Assembly: GCA_009784985.1 (NCBI GenBank)
Contig: WQXF01000001.1
Coordinates: 1,540-65,539, forward strand
Source: Clostridia bacterium
GTDB taxonomy: Bacteria > Bacillota > Clostridia > Christensenellales > Aristaeellaceae
Direction: 5' to 3'
DNA: 64,000 bases
Shown: positions 53,661 through 62,100 of the stretch, one piece after another
Position numbering within the stretch: position 1 is the stretch's first letter
Layout of the letters: each line of letters begins with the position of its first letter
Program-made: the position numbers and the translations under genes
Notes under the pieces: generated by a model
What the model was told of the DNA's origin: nothing
The model's input: only the letters and a program-made list of their open reading frames with translations
Databases searched by the model: none

Positions 53661-55373
53661 ATGGCAAAAAACAAAAAACCAGCGGTAACGGTACGCCATC
53701 GCACGATGAGCATACCCAAGGATCGAAGGTGGCTGGGCGTGGAGCGAGACCGAAACGCGGAGCTTGTGGAGTTTGTGCTGCCACGCGTGTATCAGGGCGT
53801 AGACCTGGCGGAGAAGACGATTTTTGTGGACACCATGAACGCGCAAGGCGGATTGTACGACACCGCTCAGCCCGAAAAGCATGTAACAGAAGAGGAAATT
53901 TACCTAAGTTGGGTTGTGGGGCCGCTGCCGGCCTTTACCGGCGGAAAGGTAAAAGTGCGGCTGCGTGCCATTGGGCCGGATTTTGTGTGGCAAACAGAAA
54001 CCGGCGAATTTAACTTGGCCACGACTTTTTTGGGCGACGATCCGCCGAATCCGCCGGGTATGGGGTACTTTAACCTTGCGCTGCTGCAAGTGGCCGAGTT
54101 GCGCGACCAGGCGGCGCTTTCCGCCGCGTCTGCCGAGCAAAGTATTGCTGCCGCCCAAATATGGGCCGAAAGCTCCGGGTCTGCCGCCAGAGGCATGGAG
54201 GTGCTTAAACAGCTTACCACAGAGACCAGCGATACCGGCCCCATCGCCACGATCCACCCGGTAGACGGCCTGCCGTTGGATGTGGCGGCCCGGCTTATCG
54301 CCCAGCAGGCGGGAGCAGGCGATCCGTCGCCGGATAATGTGCGGCCCATCGTTGGGCAGAATGCGCTATCGATTGTACGATCAGGGGCAAATCTCTCCAA
54401 TATGACGACATACAACTTTGTTAAGCCTGCAACCAGGACGCGCAATATACAAACGGGTATCATGCCGCCGGGGACTTATACGATATCGATGCAAATGAGC
54501 GGACAAGCAGGAGGGTTTTCGGGGTTTGGTTTACGGGCACAACGCTCCGCGTCCGACGAAGGGGGTGACGTTCCCGGAACGACGACCCTAAACTTTAGCG
54601 AGACATCTCCCACCAGGGTTGTCGGCACATTCGTGGCCCCCAATGGGTTTGCGGTGCTGTACTGCTATATACATGGTGATAATCCAGATGGAGCGACGGT
54701 TTCAATATCCGACATACAACTTGAGTTAGCGCCTGGCACAAACACGTTTGAGCCTTACGCAGGGAATGCCTACAACATCACACTGCCGCAAATGCTATAT
54801 GGATTGCCGGGGGCGGAAGACGAGGTGCGGAACGATGGAACTGTGCTGCAAAACACGCGCTTGCAAGTCCTGAATGGTTCCGAAAGCTGGACAAACAGCG
54901 CGAATATATCCGGATCAACACTCGCAAGATTTTACTGCCCAGGAGGTGCAGTTGGGGCGTTTGCAAACGATATACCAGGCATATGTGATCGCTTTGCGTG
55001 GATATCTCCATGGGTGTTAAACATATCGGGCGAAGGATGCGGATGGGTTAACCAAGCATCGACCCGTTTTGACATCGTGATCGCAAAATCCCGGATACCG
55101 GGCTGGGATGATGCATGGGACGCCGCCCAAAGAGCAACCGTATTTAGGGGGTGGCTGGCTGCCAACCCTACCACGATTATAGCCGCGCTAAGGGCGCCCG
55201 GAGCGCTGTCGATCCCACCAATCACCATCCCTGCCCTGCCAGGCGTAAACAACATATGGAGCGATGGGGGAGGGGCCGTCACGGCGGCGGGGCGGTTGTC
55301 GCCGCAACATGCCCACAATCAGATCAATGCGCGCCTGGCGGCGCTTGAGAACCTAGCAACAATGAGCAAGTAA
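53661..55373 (+). CDS. Phage tail-fibre / baseplate upper protein-like (XkdV/BppU-N-like N-terminus)
   Basis: The N-terminal ~120 aa resemble the BppU_N/DUF2479 pattern (RWLGVERDRNAELVEFVLPR...GLYDT...). An Ala/Ser-rich coiled-coil collar follows (AELRDQAALSAASAEQSIAAAQIWAESSGSAA). The gene is followed by an XkdX-like gene. Confidence 0.55.
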   Translation: MAKNKKPAVTVRHRTMSIPKDRRWLGVERDRNAELVEFVLPRVYQGVDLAEKTIFVDTMNAQGGLYDTAQPEKHVTEEEIYLSWVVGPLPAFTGGKVKVRLRAIGPDFVWQTETGEFNLATTFLGDDPPNPPGMGYFNLALLQVAELRDQAALSAASAEQSIAAAQIWAESSGSAARGMEVLKQLTTETSDTGPIATIHPVDGLPLDVAARLIAQQAGAGDPSPDNVRPIVGQNALSIVRSGANLSNMTTYNFVKPATRTRNIQTGIMPPGTYTISMQMSGQAGGFSGFGLRAQRSASDEGGDVPGTTTLNFSETSPTRVVGTFVAPNGFAVLYCYIHGDNPDGATVSISDIQLELAPGTNTFEPYAGNAYNITLPQMLYGLPGAEDEVRNDGTVLQNTRLQVLNGSESWTNSANISGSTLARFYCPGGAVGAFANDIPGICDRFAWISPWVLNISGEGCGWVNQASTRFDIVIAKSRIPGWDDAWDAAQRATVFRGWLAANPTTIIAALRAPGALSIPPITIPALPGVNNIWSDGGGAVTAAGRLSPQHAHNQINARLAALENLATMSK

Positions 55374-55395
55374 CAAAAAATGGGAGGATAAGATC

Positions 55396-55656
55396 ATGTA
55401 TGATGTGTTAAAAAACCACCTAACCCACGGCAACTATACCCTTGAGGACGCGGAGGAGCGAATCGATTACTTTGTGGCAACAGGGCGAATTGCACCGGTC
55501 CAGGCGGCAGAACTACAGGGCATAGCCAACAGCAATGCCAGCAGTCCCGGCGGCTTGGCAGACGAGCTGCAGGCCCTGAGACGGGAGTTGGAAGACATCA
55601 AACGCAGGTTTGCCGGTGATGACACGGTATGTGATGATGAGGAAGCAGCATCATAA
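55396..55656 (+). CDS. XkdX-like small phage protein
   Basis: MYDVLKNHLTHGNYTLEDAEERIDYFVATGRIAPVQAAELQGI matches the XkdX pattern (yY..g.yt.edv..fV..g.It..qy). Confidence 0.55.
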   Translation: MYDVLKNHLTHGNYTLEDAEERIDYFVATGRIAPVQAAELQGIANSNASSPGGLADELQALRRELEDIKRRFAGDDTVCDDEEAAS

Positions 55657-56355
55657 TTTGCCTATTCTTTTACGCTCTTCTACCCAGCCCTCTTTGATTA
55701 CCTGTCGTTGCCGGGCGATGCACAAGGAGGCGTCGGGTACGTTTTCGGTCACAGTGGAGCCTGCGGCTACGTAGGCATCCTTGCCCACCTCCACAGGTGA
55801 AACCAGGTTTACATTGCAGCCAATGAAGGCGCGGTCTCCCACTTGGGTACGGTACTTGTGCTTGCCATCGTAATTTACGAACACCACACCGCAGCCCAGG
55901 TTCACGTCTTCACCCAGATCGCTATCGCCCACGTAAGTAAGGTGGGAGATGCGGGTAAGATCGCCCACGGTGCTGTTTTTGATCTCTACAAAATCGCCCA
56001 CGCGGCACCGGGCGCCCAGTTTTGTGCCAGGCCGCAAAAAGGCGAAGGGCCCTGCCGTGGTCTCGGCCCCTATTTCGGTTTCGACGGCCACCACGCTTTC
56101 TAACCTAACACCGTCGGCCAGGTTGGTATCCCGCAAGCGATTGTTGGGCAACAGGGTGCAGTTTTTGCCGATCACGGTGCGGCCCTCGAGCACATTGCCC
56201 GGATAGATCACCGTGCCCGCACCGATGCAAACTTCGGCGTCGATATAGGTCGCCTTTGGGTCGATCAATATCACGCCGTTTTTTGCGTGGGCGGCATTGA
56301 TGCGGTCCCGGGCATCCGCGTTGGCAAAGGCGGGGAGTGGGGCAGCCTGGCTCAT
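55651..56355 (-). CDS. Stand-alone left-handed beta-helix acetyltransferase equivalent to the C-terminal (GlcN-1-P acetyltransferase) domain of GlmU
   Basis: It aligns by eye with E. coli GlmU residues ~230-456 (GPFAFLRPGTKLG, GDFVEIKNS, SHLTYVGDSDLGEDVNLGCG, NYDGKHKYRT, KEGW). The N-terminal uridyltransferase domain is absent. Only 13 nt separate it from the purR stop. Confidence 0.75.
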   Translation of the reverse strand: MSQAAPLPAFANADARDRINAAHAKNGVILIDPKATYIDAEVCIGAGTVIYPGNVLEGRTVIGKNCTLLPNNRLRDTNLADGVRLESVVAVETEIGAETTAGPFAFLRPGTKLGARCRVGDFVEIKNSTVGDLTRISHLTYVGDSDLGEDVNLGCGVVFVNYDGKHKYRTQVGDRAFIGCNVNLVSPVEVGKDAYVAAGSTVTENVPDASLCIARQRQVIKEGWVEERKRIGKL

Positions 56356-56368
56356 AAAAGGAACCTCC

Positions 56369-57208
56369 TTATTGATTCAGCAGCCAATCCGCAGGCCGGA
56401 TCAGCGCCGACTCGTGCTCGTCGTCCACTTCATCCATTACCATCAGCGCTTTTGCAGATTCCAGACGCTTGCGTTCCGGCTCCATGGTGGCGATCACCAC
56501 GCACACGCCCACCACCGTGACCGAAAACTCACGCATCATGTCCATCATGCCCTTGGCGGTGCCACCGGCTTTCATAAAGTCGTCCACAATCAGCGCACGC
56601 TGGCCTTCCCGCACTGCCCGGCGTGAGAGGGACATGGTTTCGATCCGCCCCGCCGAGCCGGAAAGGTAGTTGATGTTGACCGCCGGGCCCTCGTATACCT
56701 TGCTGCTTCGCCGCCCGATCACCAGGGGAACGCCCAGCGCCTTGGCAGCCATCAGCGCCACCGGGATGCCCTTGGTTTCCATGGTGAGCACAAAATCCGG
56801 CTCGTCGTGATAAAACTGCCCGGCCATAATCGCGCCCATCTTTTCCACCAAGTCGGGCATAGACAGGATGTCGGCCATGTACAAAAAGCCGCCGGGCAGC
56901 ACCCGGCCCGGCTCGGCCAGCCGGTTTGCCACCGACTGCACAAAATCCAGCGCCGCGGCTTGGGTGATTGCCGGGCGGTACCGCACGCCGCCTGCCGCGC
57001 CGGTTACGGTGTCCAGGCAACCGAGTTGGAACGTGGCCATGGTGTCAGCCAGGATGTCGATATCCTCGCTCAGTGTGGACTTGGCTGCTCCAAAAAGCTC
57101 GGCAAAGCGGCTGAGCCTGATCACCTGATTGGGCGAGGAAGTTAGTATGCGCGTCATCGCGGCCAGTCTTTCATTACGGCGGATATTTTCGCGGCGAATA
57201 TTTTGCAT
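56369..57208 (-). CDS. purR: Pur operon repressor
   Basis: The N-terminal PuR_N pattern is RNERLAAMTRILTSSPNQVIRLSRFAELFGAAKSTLSEDI. The C-terminal PRT domain has ALIVDDFMKAGGTAKG. Confidence 0.85.
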   Translation of the reverse strand: MQNIRRENIRRNERLAAMTRILTSSPNQVIRLSRFAELFGAAKSTLSEDIDILADTMATFQLGCLDTVTGAAGGVRYRPAITQAAALDFVQSVANRLAEPGRVLPGGFLYMADILSMPDLVEKMGAIMAGQFYHDEPDFVLTMETKGIPVALMAAKALGVPLVIGRRSSKVYEGPAVNINYLSGSAGRIETMSLSRRAVREGQRALIVDDFMKAGGTAKGMMDMMREFSVTVVGVCVVIATMEPERKRLESAKALMVMDEVDDEHESALIRPADWLLNQ

Positions 57209-57403
57209 AAGGCATACTCCTTTTGGCGTCTCGCAAGAAAAAGACGAATGATTCCTTCTGAGCAGCATTATTATATAGCACTATTGGAGCAAAATCCACT
57301 ATTTTTTATCGAATTATTCTTTTTTTGTTCGTGTATTGATTGCAAGACGCCCTTCGGCGTATAATAAACGCAATGTGAAAATAAAACGTTTGGAAGGTGC
57401 ACA

Positions 57404-58807
57404 ATGCAACAGGTTCCGCAAATTCCGCACATACGCGATTTTCGGGGGCAGCGCGTCCATATGATAGGCATCGGCGGCAGCTCCATGTCCGGCTTGGCCG
57501 AAATGCTCCAGGCTCAAGGATATCAACTCACCGGGTCGGACAATACCGATTCTTACGCCACCCGCAAGCTGCAGGAGAGGGGTGTTTTTATCACCATTGG
57601 GCACCACGCCGCCAACGTAGCCGGGGCTTCGCTGGTGGTGTATACCGCCGCCATTGCGCCGGACAATGCAGAGCGCGTGGCCTGTGAGCGCGAGGGCATA
57701 CCCACCCTGGAGCGCGCCTACCTGCTGGGGCAGCTCATGGAAGGGTATCCCTGCGCCATTGGCGTGAGCGGAGTGCATGGCAAAACCACCACTTCGTCCA
57801 TGCTGGCGCAGATCCTGTTGGAGGCAGGCACGGATCCGGCCATTAGCATCGGCGGATCGTTGGATGCCATCGGCGGCGGCATGCGGGTGGGCCATGGCGA
57901 TGTGTTTTTGGCCGAGGCCTGCGAGTTTAACGCCAGCTTTTTGCGGCTGCGGCCCACCGTGGCCGTGCTGCTCAATATCGACGAGGATCACTTAGATTTT
58001 TATCGGGATATTGACCATATCACCGACACTTTCGCCGAGTTCTTGGCGATGTTGCCTCCCGATGGAACCTGCGTGGCCTGGGGCGACGACGAGCGCGTCC
58101 TGAGCCTGCTGCCGGGCCTGCCTTGCCTGTGGCTCACCTACGGCCTGGGCGAGCACAACCGCTGGCAGCCGTTAGAGTTGACATACGATCAAACAGGCCA
58201 TGCTGCCTTTACCGCCACCCTGGACGGCCAGCCCATGGCCCGGGTGGAGCTGCAGGTGCCCGGCTCCTTCCAAACCCTAAACGCTTTGGCCGCCCTGGCT
58301 ACCGCCCATGCCGTGGGGGTTGATATGGACATCGCCGCCCGGGCCCTGGGCGGATTTGTGGGCGTACACCGCCGGTTTGAGCTTACCGGCGTGGTGCAGG
58401 GCGTTCGTTTATATCACGATTACGGGCACAACCCCACCGAGATGCGCTATGCTCTTTCGGTGGCGAACATGCAGCCCCATAACCGGCTGTGGGCGGTGAT
58501 GCAGCCCCACACCTATTCGCGGGTGAAGCGGCTGTTTGAATCCTATATCCATTGCTGCGACGTGGCAGACGAAATACTGATCACCGACATCTACGCCGCG
58601 CGGGAAAAGGATCCGGGCGATATTCACAGCACCATGCTGGTGGAGCGCATTGCCGCCACCGGGCAGAGGGTGCATTATACGCCTACCTTTGATGATACCG
58701 AGGCGTATTTGCGAGAGCACTGGCAGCCGGGGGATTTGGTGCTGACCATGGGGTGCGGGAATATCAATTTGTTGAATGATCAGATTGCGGAGAATGAGGA
58801 GGGGTGA
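57404..58807 (+). CDS. murC: UDP-N-acetylmuramate--L-alanine ligase
   Basis: Patterns HMIGIGGSSMSGLAEML and GVSGVHGKTTTSSML, plus the Mur ligase middle and C-terminal domains. Confidence 0.95.
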   Translation: MQQVPQIPHIRDFRGQRVHMIGIGGSSMSGLAEMLQAQGYQLTGSDNTDSYATRKLQERGVFITIGHHAANVAGASLVVYTAAIAPDNAERVACEREGIPTLERAYLLGQLMEGYPCAIGVSGVHGKTTTSSMLAQILLEAGTDPAISIGGSLDAIGGGMRVGHGDVFLAEACEFNASFLRLRPTVAVLLNIDEDHLDFYRDIDHITDTFAEFLAMLPPDGTCVAWGDDERVLSLLPGLPCLWLTYGLGEHNRWQPLELTYDQTGHAAFTATLDGQPMARVELQVPGSFQTLNALAALATAHAVGVDMDIAARALGGFVGVHRRFELTGVVQGVRLYHDYGHNPTEMRYALSVANMQPHNRLWAVMQPHTYSRVKRLFESYIHCCDVADEILITDIYAAREKDPGDIHSTMLVERIAATGQRVHYTPTFDDTEAYLREHWQPGDLVLTMGCGNINLLNDQIAENEEG

Positions 58808-58821
58808 TTTTTTAGTTGGAC

Positions 58822-59106
58822 CTACTCCTCAAAGAGATCGGAGTGCGTACCTGTTCCGGAAGCCAAAAGAACCAAATTGCCTTGATCAATCTGGTAGACA
58901 AGTAACCAATCAGGCTCAATGTGGCATTCACGGTACCCCCGCATTTCACCTTTAAGCGGATGATCTTGGTATTTTTCTGGCATCTGCCTCTCGGAGGCCA
59001 GCAAATCGAGCGCGATGGTCAGTTTGGAAATATTTTTGCCGCGCTTGATTGCACGCTTAACGTCGCGTTTCATTTTGGCGGTGTACTTAATTGTAAGCAT
59101 GGTCAA
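58822..59106 (-). CDS. yafQ: Type II toxin, YafQ family (RelE/ParE superfamily mRNA interferase)
   Basis: The motif DHPLKGEMRGYRECHIEPDWLLVY is typical of YafQ. There is a 4-nt overlap with the upstream antitoxin gene. Confidence 0.85.
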   Translation of the reverse strand: MTMLTIKYTAKMKRDVKRAIKRGKNISKLTIALDLLASERQMPEKYQDHPLKGEMRGYRECHIEPDWLLVYQIDQGNLVLLASGTGTHSDLFEE

Positions 59107-59375
59107 TCCTCCAGCATAGATTGCACAGCTTCCTCGGCGGTAGTATAAGGCCCGTGCAGACCTCTTCCTAAGCGGATGTCCTCCATCGCCTTGCGGAGTT
59201 CGGCACTTGGCCTTCTGTCATGGCTGCGCTTGACGGCAAATGGTATGCCGTCCGTCTCAAGGGCGGCGGCAAGGAACATTCTAACCGCCGTTGGCGTATC
59301 AAGGCCAAGGTGGGAAAAAAGGGAATCTGCCGCTGCCTTCATGCCATCGTCTATTCTAATTTGAATTGTTGCCAT
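59103..59375 (-). CDS. dinJ: Type II antitoxin, DinJ/RelB family
   Basis: MATIQIRIDDGMKAAADSLFSHLGLDTPTAVRMFLAAAL matches the RelB/DinJ ribbon-helix-helix pattern. AGGAGG precedes the ATG at 59375. Confidence 0.85.
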   Translation of the reverse strand: MATIQIRIDDGMKAAADSLFSHLGLDTPTAVRMFLAAALETDGIPFAVKRSHDRRPSAELRKAMEDIRLGRGLHGPYTTAEEAVQSMLED

Positions 59376-59395
59376 ATAGCCTGCCTCCTGTAATG

Positions 59396-59436
59396 ATTTG
59401 CATTTCAATCGTAATGCAAATTGTTGCATTTGTCAA
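59396..59436 (-). promoter_or_regulatory. dinJ-yafQ promoter with overlapping ATGCAA/TTGCAT inverted repeats (likely autoregulatory operator)
   Basis: On the minus strand, TTGACA (59431-59436), a 17-nt spacer and TACGAT (59408-59413). The inverted repeat AATGCAAcaatTTGCATT lies inside the spacer, and a third ATGCAAAT lies downstream. Confidence 0.55.
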
Positions 59437-59510
59437 GCGCTGTCGTTTCATTAAATTTTGTGATATAATACGCTATGTACGATCCCACACAAATCGGAGG
59501 AACACATTTC

Positions 59511-60365
59511 ATGCCGGAAATCACGCGGGCTTGCCTGGCGCTGATCCTCAGTTGCGGGCTTGCCTATGGCGGCTGGAGCGAGATCGCGCCCCATGCCGAT
59601 CCGTATTTTGATTCGCTGATATTGGTCAACAGAGAAAATAGGGCCCCCATCGCCGCGCCATCATTGGTGTTGCCGGATGTACCGCCGGCCAGATCGGGCA
59701 ACGCTTCGAATGTCTACATGCAACCCAATGCCGCCAATGCGCTGGAGCAGCTTTTTGCCGCCGCCCAGGTGGAGCAGGGGTATTTGCTGTACGCCGTGTC
59801 CGGCTATCGGTCGGCGGGAACCCAGGGCGCGATATACGAGCGCCGGGTGGAACAAAGCGGAGAGGCCGCCAAAAGGTGGGTGGCGCCGGGCGGTTTTTCG
59901 GAACACCAAACCGGCTTGGCCATGGACGTCACCGGCGCCAGTGTGCGGGATTTGGGATTAACCCAGCGTTTCGGCGATTCCGAAGAAGGGCTGTGGGTGG
60001 CGCACAATGCCCACCGCTTTGGTTTTATCATACGCTACCAGCGCGGATGGGAGCAGATCACCGGCTATAATTACGAACCTTGGCATCTGCGTTATGTGGG
60101 CCTTGAGCATGCCGCCCGCATGTACGAGTTGTATATTCCATTAGAGGAATACCTGGCGCTGTTGCAGCAGGAACGTGTGAACGAGGTGCTTGTTGCGCTG
60201 GGGTTGGCGCCGCTGATTACGCCTACGCCAACGCCTGATCCTACACCCATGCCCACACTGGAACTCACGCCCATGCCGCTGATGACGCTGGCGCCTGAGG
60301 CCATCCCGTCCCAGCCAACCGGTGATAATCCTTTCGGCACGCCCAGGCCGATTGAAAGGCCGTGA
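59511..60365 (+). CDS. M15B (VanY-type) D-alanyl-D-alanine carboxypeptidase family protein with Pro/Thr-rich C-terminal tail
   Basis: SGYRS...SEHQTGLAMD...EPWHLRYVG gives the Zn ligands H, D, H of the VanY family. The leader is ACLALILSCGLAYG. An extended -10 TGATATAAT lies at 59461-59469. Confidence 0.8.
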   Translation: MPEITRACLALILSCGLAYGGWSEIAPHADPYFDSLILVNRENRAPIAAPSLVLPDVPPARSGNASNVYMQPNAANALEQLFAAAQVEQGYLLYAVSGYRSAGTQGAIYERRVEQSGEAAKRWVAPGGFSEHQTGLAMDVTGASVRDLGLTQRFGDSEEGLWVAHNAHRFGFIIRYQRGWEQITGYNYEPWHLRYVGLEHAARMYELYIPLEEYLALLQQERVNEVLVALGLAPLITPTPTPDPTPMPTLELTPMPLMTLAPEAIPSQPTGDNPFGTPRPIERP

Positions 60366-60418
60366 TTGCTGTTTTCTTATGATGAAGAAGAGGTTGGGCA
60401 AGGGACTGGAAATTTTTC

Positions 60419-60447
60419 TTGACTATGAAGGGATGCTTGCGTATAAT
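60419..60447 (+). promoter_or_regulatory. Consensus sigma-70-type promoter at the left edge of an AT-rich islet
   Basis: TTGACT (60419-60424), a 17-nt spacer, then TATAAT (60442-60447). Confidence 0.65.
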
Positions 60448-60482
60448 TTAACACATGCCTATATAAGGTAATTTGAAGATAC

Positions 60483-61382
60483 ATGCTAAACGGAGATCTG
60501 CTTGTGAATGCCAGAAAAAGGTTCGGCGAAAGAATTGTACTTAAGGCAATCATACAAGTGTTGCCTATGTTGGGCATTACCATTGGAATTAATTTCATTG
60601 GAAAGAATGCTTTGCTTGTCGATTCGGTAACAGGGGAGTTGACTGTTTTGGGATGGTCGCTTACTTTTGTCGTCGTAATTTCTGTTTTTCTGTATAATTA
60701 TCTCGCATATCGACATGAATTGCTTGAGAAGAGAGACAGGTTGCACAAAGAAGGAGTATCAAGAAAAATTAACGAGTCGATTTATAATTTGTTTTTGCAG
60801 CGAATTATTTACTGTAAAAACCAGTTAAACTCTAATAGGGATATAGATTTATCGAATTTTGATAAGTACATTGGAAGCTGTACCATTAAGGAAATATGCA
60901 ATTTGCTTTCTGATTTGCTGGGGATAGATAAGCACAGAGTGTTGATCGTCTTACTTTCTAAACGCTTAAAGAAGTGGGAAGCTCTGGCCTCCGTCAATGC
61001 CGATAATACGCAAAAGCTAGATGATCTTCTGGTGAGCGATAAATCTGCGTTAGCGCAATTTCTTGATTCTGGCCACACAGAATGGTATATCATGGACAAA
61101 AAAGAAGCAGTAAAAGAAGACAGGTATTTGAATGATTCAAGAGACATGGTAGAAGAGACGGGTTCACTTTATAGCTATCGTTTTAAGACTGCAAACGCCA
61201 CAAAAGCCGATATCTCCGACATGATTATTTCTATATCAACATATGGAGCTGTGTTATCAGAGAAAGACATTGGAATAGTTCGAGATAATATTCTTTTCTC
61301 ATTTCAGAATTTAGTGATGTATGATGACGTGGTTAATAAAGTTAGGATAAAAGAAATGAAAAGAGAGCTGAAGTTAAGTTGA
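60483..61382 (+). CDS. Hypothetical 2-TM protein with ~200-aa cytoplasmic domain (possibly GAF-like sensor fold)
   Basis: The TM helices are IVLKAIIQVLPMLGITIGINFIG and LTVLGWSLTFVVVISVFLYNYLAY. The remainder is soluble with no recognised motif. Alternative GTG start at 60504, after GGAG. AT-rich. Confidence 0.55.
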   Translation: MLNGDLLVNARKRFGERIVLKAIIQVLPMLGITIGINFIGKNALLVDSVTGELTVLGWSLTFVVVISVFLYNYLAYRHELLEKRDRLHKEGVSRKINESIYNLFLQRIIYCKNQLNSNRDIDLSNFDKYIGSCTIKEICNLLSDLLGIDKHRVLIVLLSKRLKKWEALASVNADNTQKLDDLLVSDKSALAQFLDSGHTEWYIMDKKEAVKEDRYLNDSRDMVEETGSLYSYRFKTANATKADISDMIISISTYGAVLSEKDIGIVRDNILFSFQNLVMYDDVVNKVRIKEMKRELKLS

Positions 61383-62095
61383 TTGGTATTATTGGCGCTA
61401 TGTTAAGCGAAGTTGATGGTCTAAAGGGAGAGATGGATCTAGAAAGGATCGATTGCTTTTCTTGTATAGATTTTTATGTGGGGCAAGCATATGGAGCAAA
61501 TGTCGTGGTGGCAGCCTGTGGTGTGGGAAAAGTAAATTCCGCTATATGTGCGCAGGTAATGATTTATAAATATAACCCAGAATTTATTATCAACATAGGT
61601 GTAGCAGGCAGTCTGAGTTCGAAAATTGAAGTGCTTGATCTTGTGGTAGCAGATTCTGTTGTGCAGCACGATGTAGATACATCGGCCGTAGGGGATCCTG
61701 TTGGTATGATCTCGGGGATCAATTTGACATACATCCCTTGTGATGCAGGCGAGATGGCAATAGGTACTATTAGTAAAAATTCTGAGATACTTAGAATTCA
61801 TCATGGAACAATAGCATCTGGTGATCAATACATTGTCGATAAAAAAAAGAAAAGAGATATTGCTTCGCGATTCAATGCAGTTGCAGTCGATATGGAAAGT
61901 GGAAGTATAGGGCAAGTATGCCATATAAACCAGGTGCGCTTTTGTGCGCTCAGAGCGATTTCCGATAGAGGTGATGCTGCGGAGTACCTTGAATTTTTGG
62001 CTGATGCAGTGGAAAGAGCACTAATTGCACTCCGTATCCTGCTATCTGAGTTATCTAATACCGCAAGCAAATCTGAGCAAGGGAGTGAGAGATAA
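61379..62095 (+). CDS. mtnN: PNP_UDP_1 family nucleosidase, MTA/SAH nucleosidase (MtnN/Pfs)-like
   Basis: IGIIGAMLSEV, ACGVGKVNSA, NIGVAGSL and AVDMESGSIGQVC...LRAISD match the MtnN pattern. TTG start in a TTGA overlap with the upstream stop. AT-rich. Confidence 0.75.
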   Translation: MIGIIGAMLSEVDGLKGEMDLERIDCFSCIDFYVGQAYGANVVVAACGVGKVNSAICAQVMIYKYNPEFIINIGVAGSLSSKIEVLDLVVADSVVQHDVDTSAVGDPVGMISGINLTYIPCDAGEMAIGTISKNSEILRIHHGTIASGDQYIVDKKKKRDIASRFNAVAVDMESGSIGQVCHINQVRFCALRAISDRGDAAEYLEFLADAVERALIALRILLSELSNTASKSEQGSER

Positions 62096-62100
62096 ACGCA

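Noticed and set aside
61379-62095. Calling the nucleosidase outright a Cap17/DtcC-type ATP-cleaving immune effector.
   Set aside because: It is MtnN-sized with no fused sensor domain, retains MtnN-like motifs, and is followed by mtaD, a metabolic partner. It is kept only as a hypothesis within the finding.
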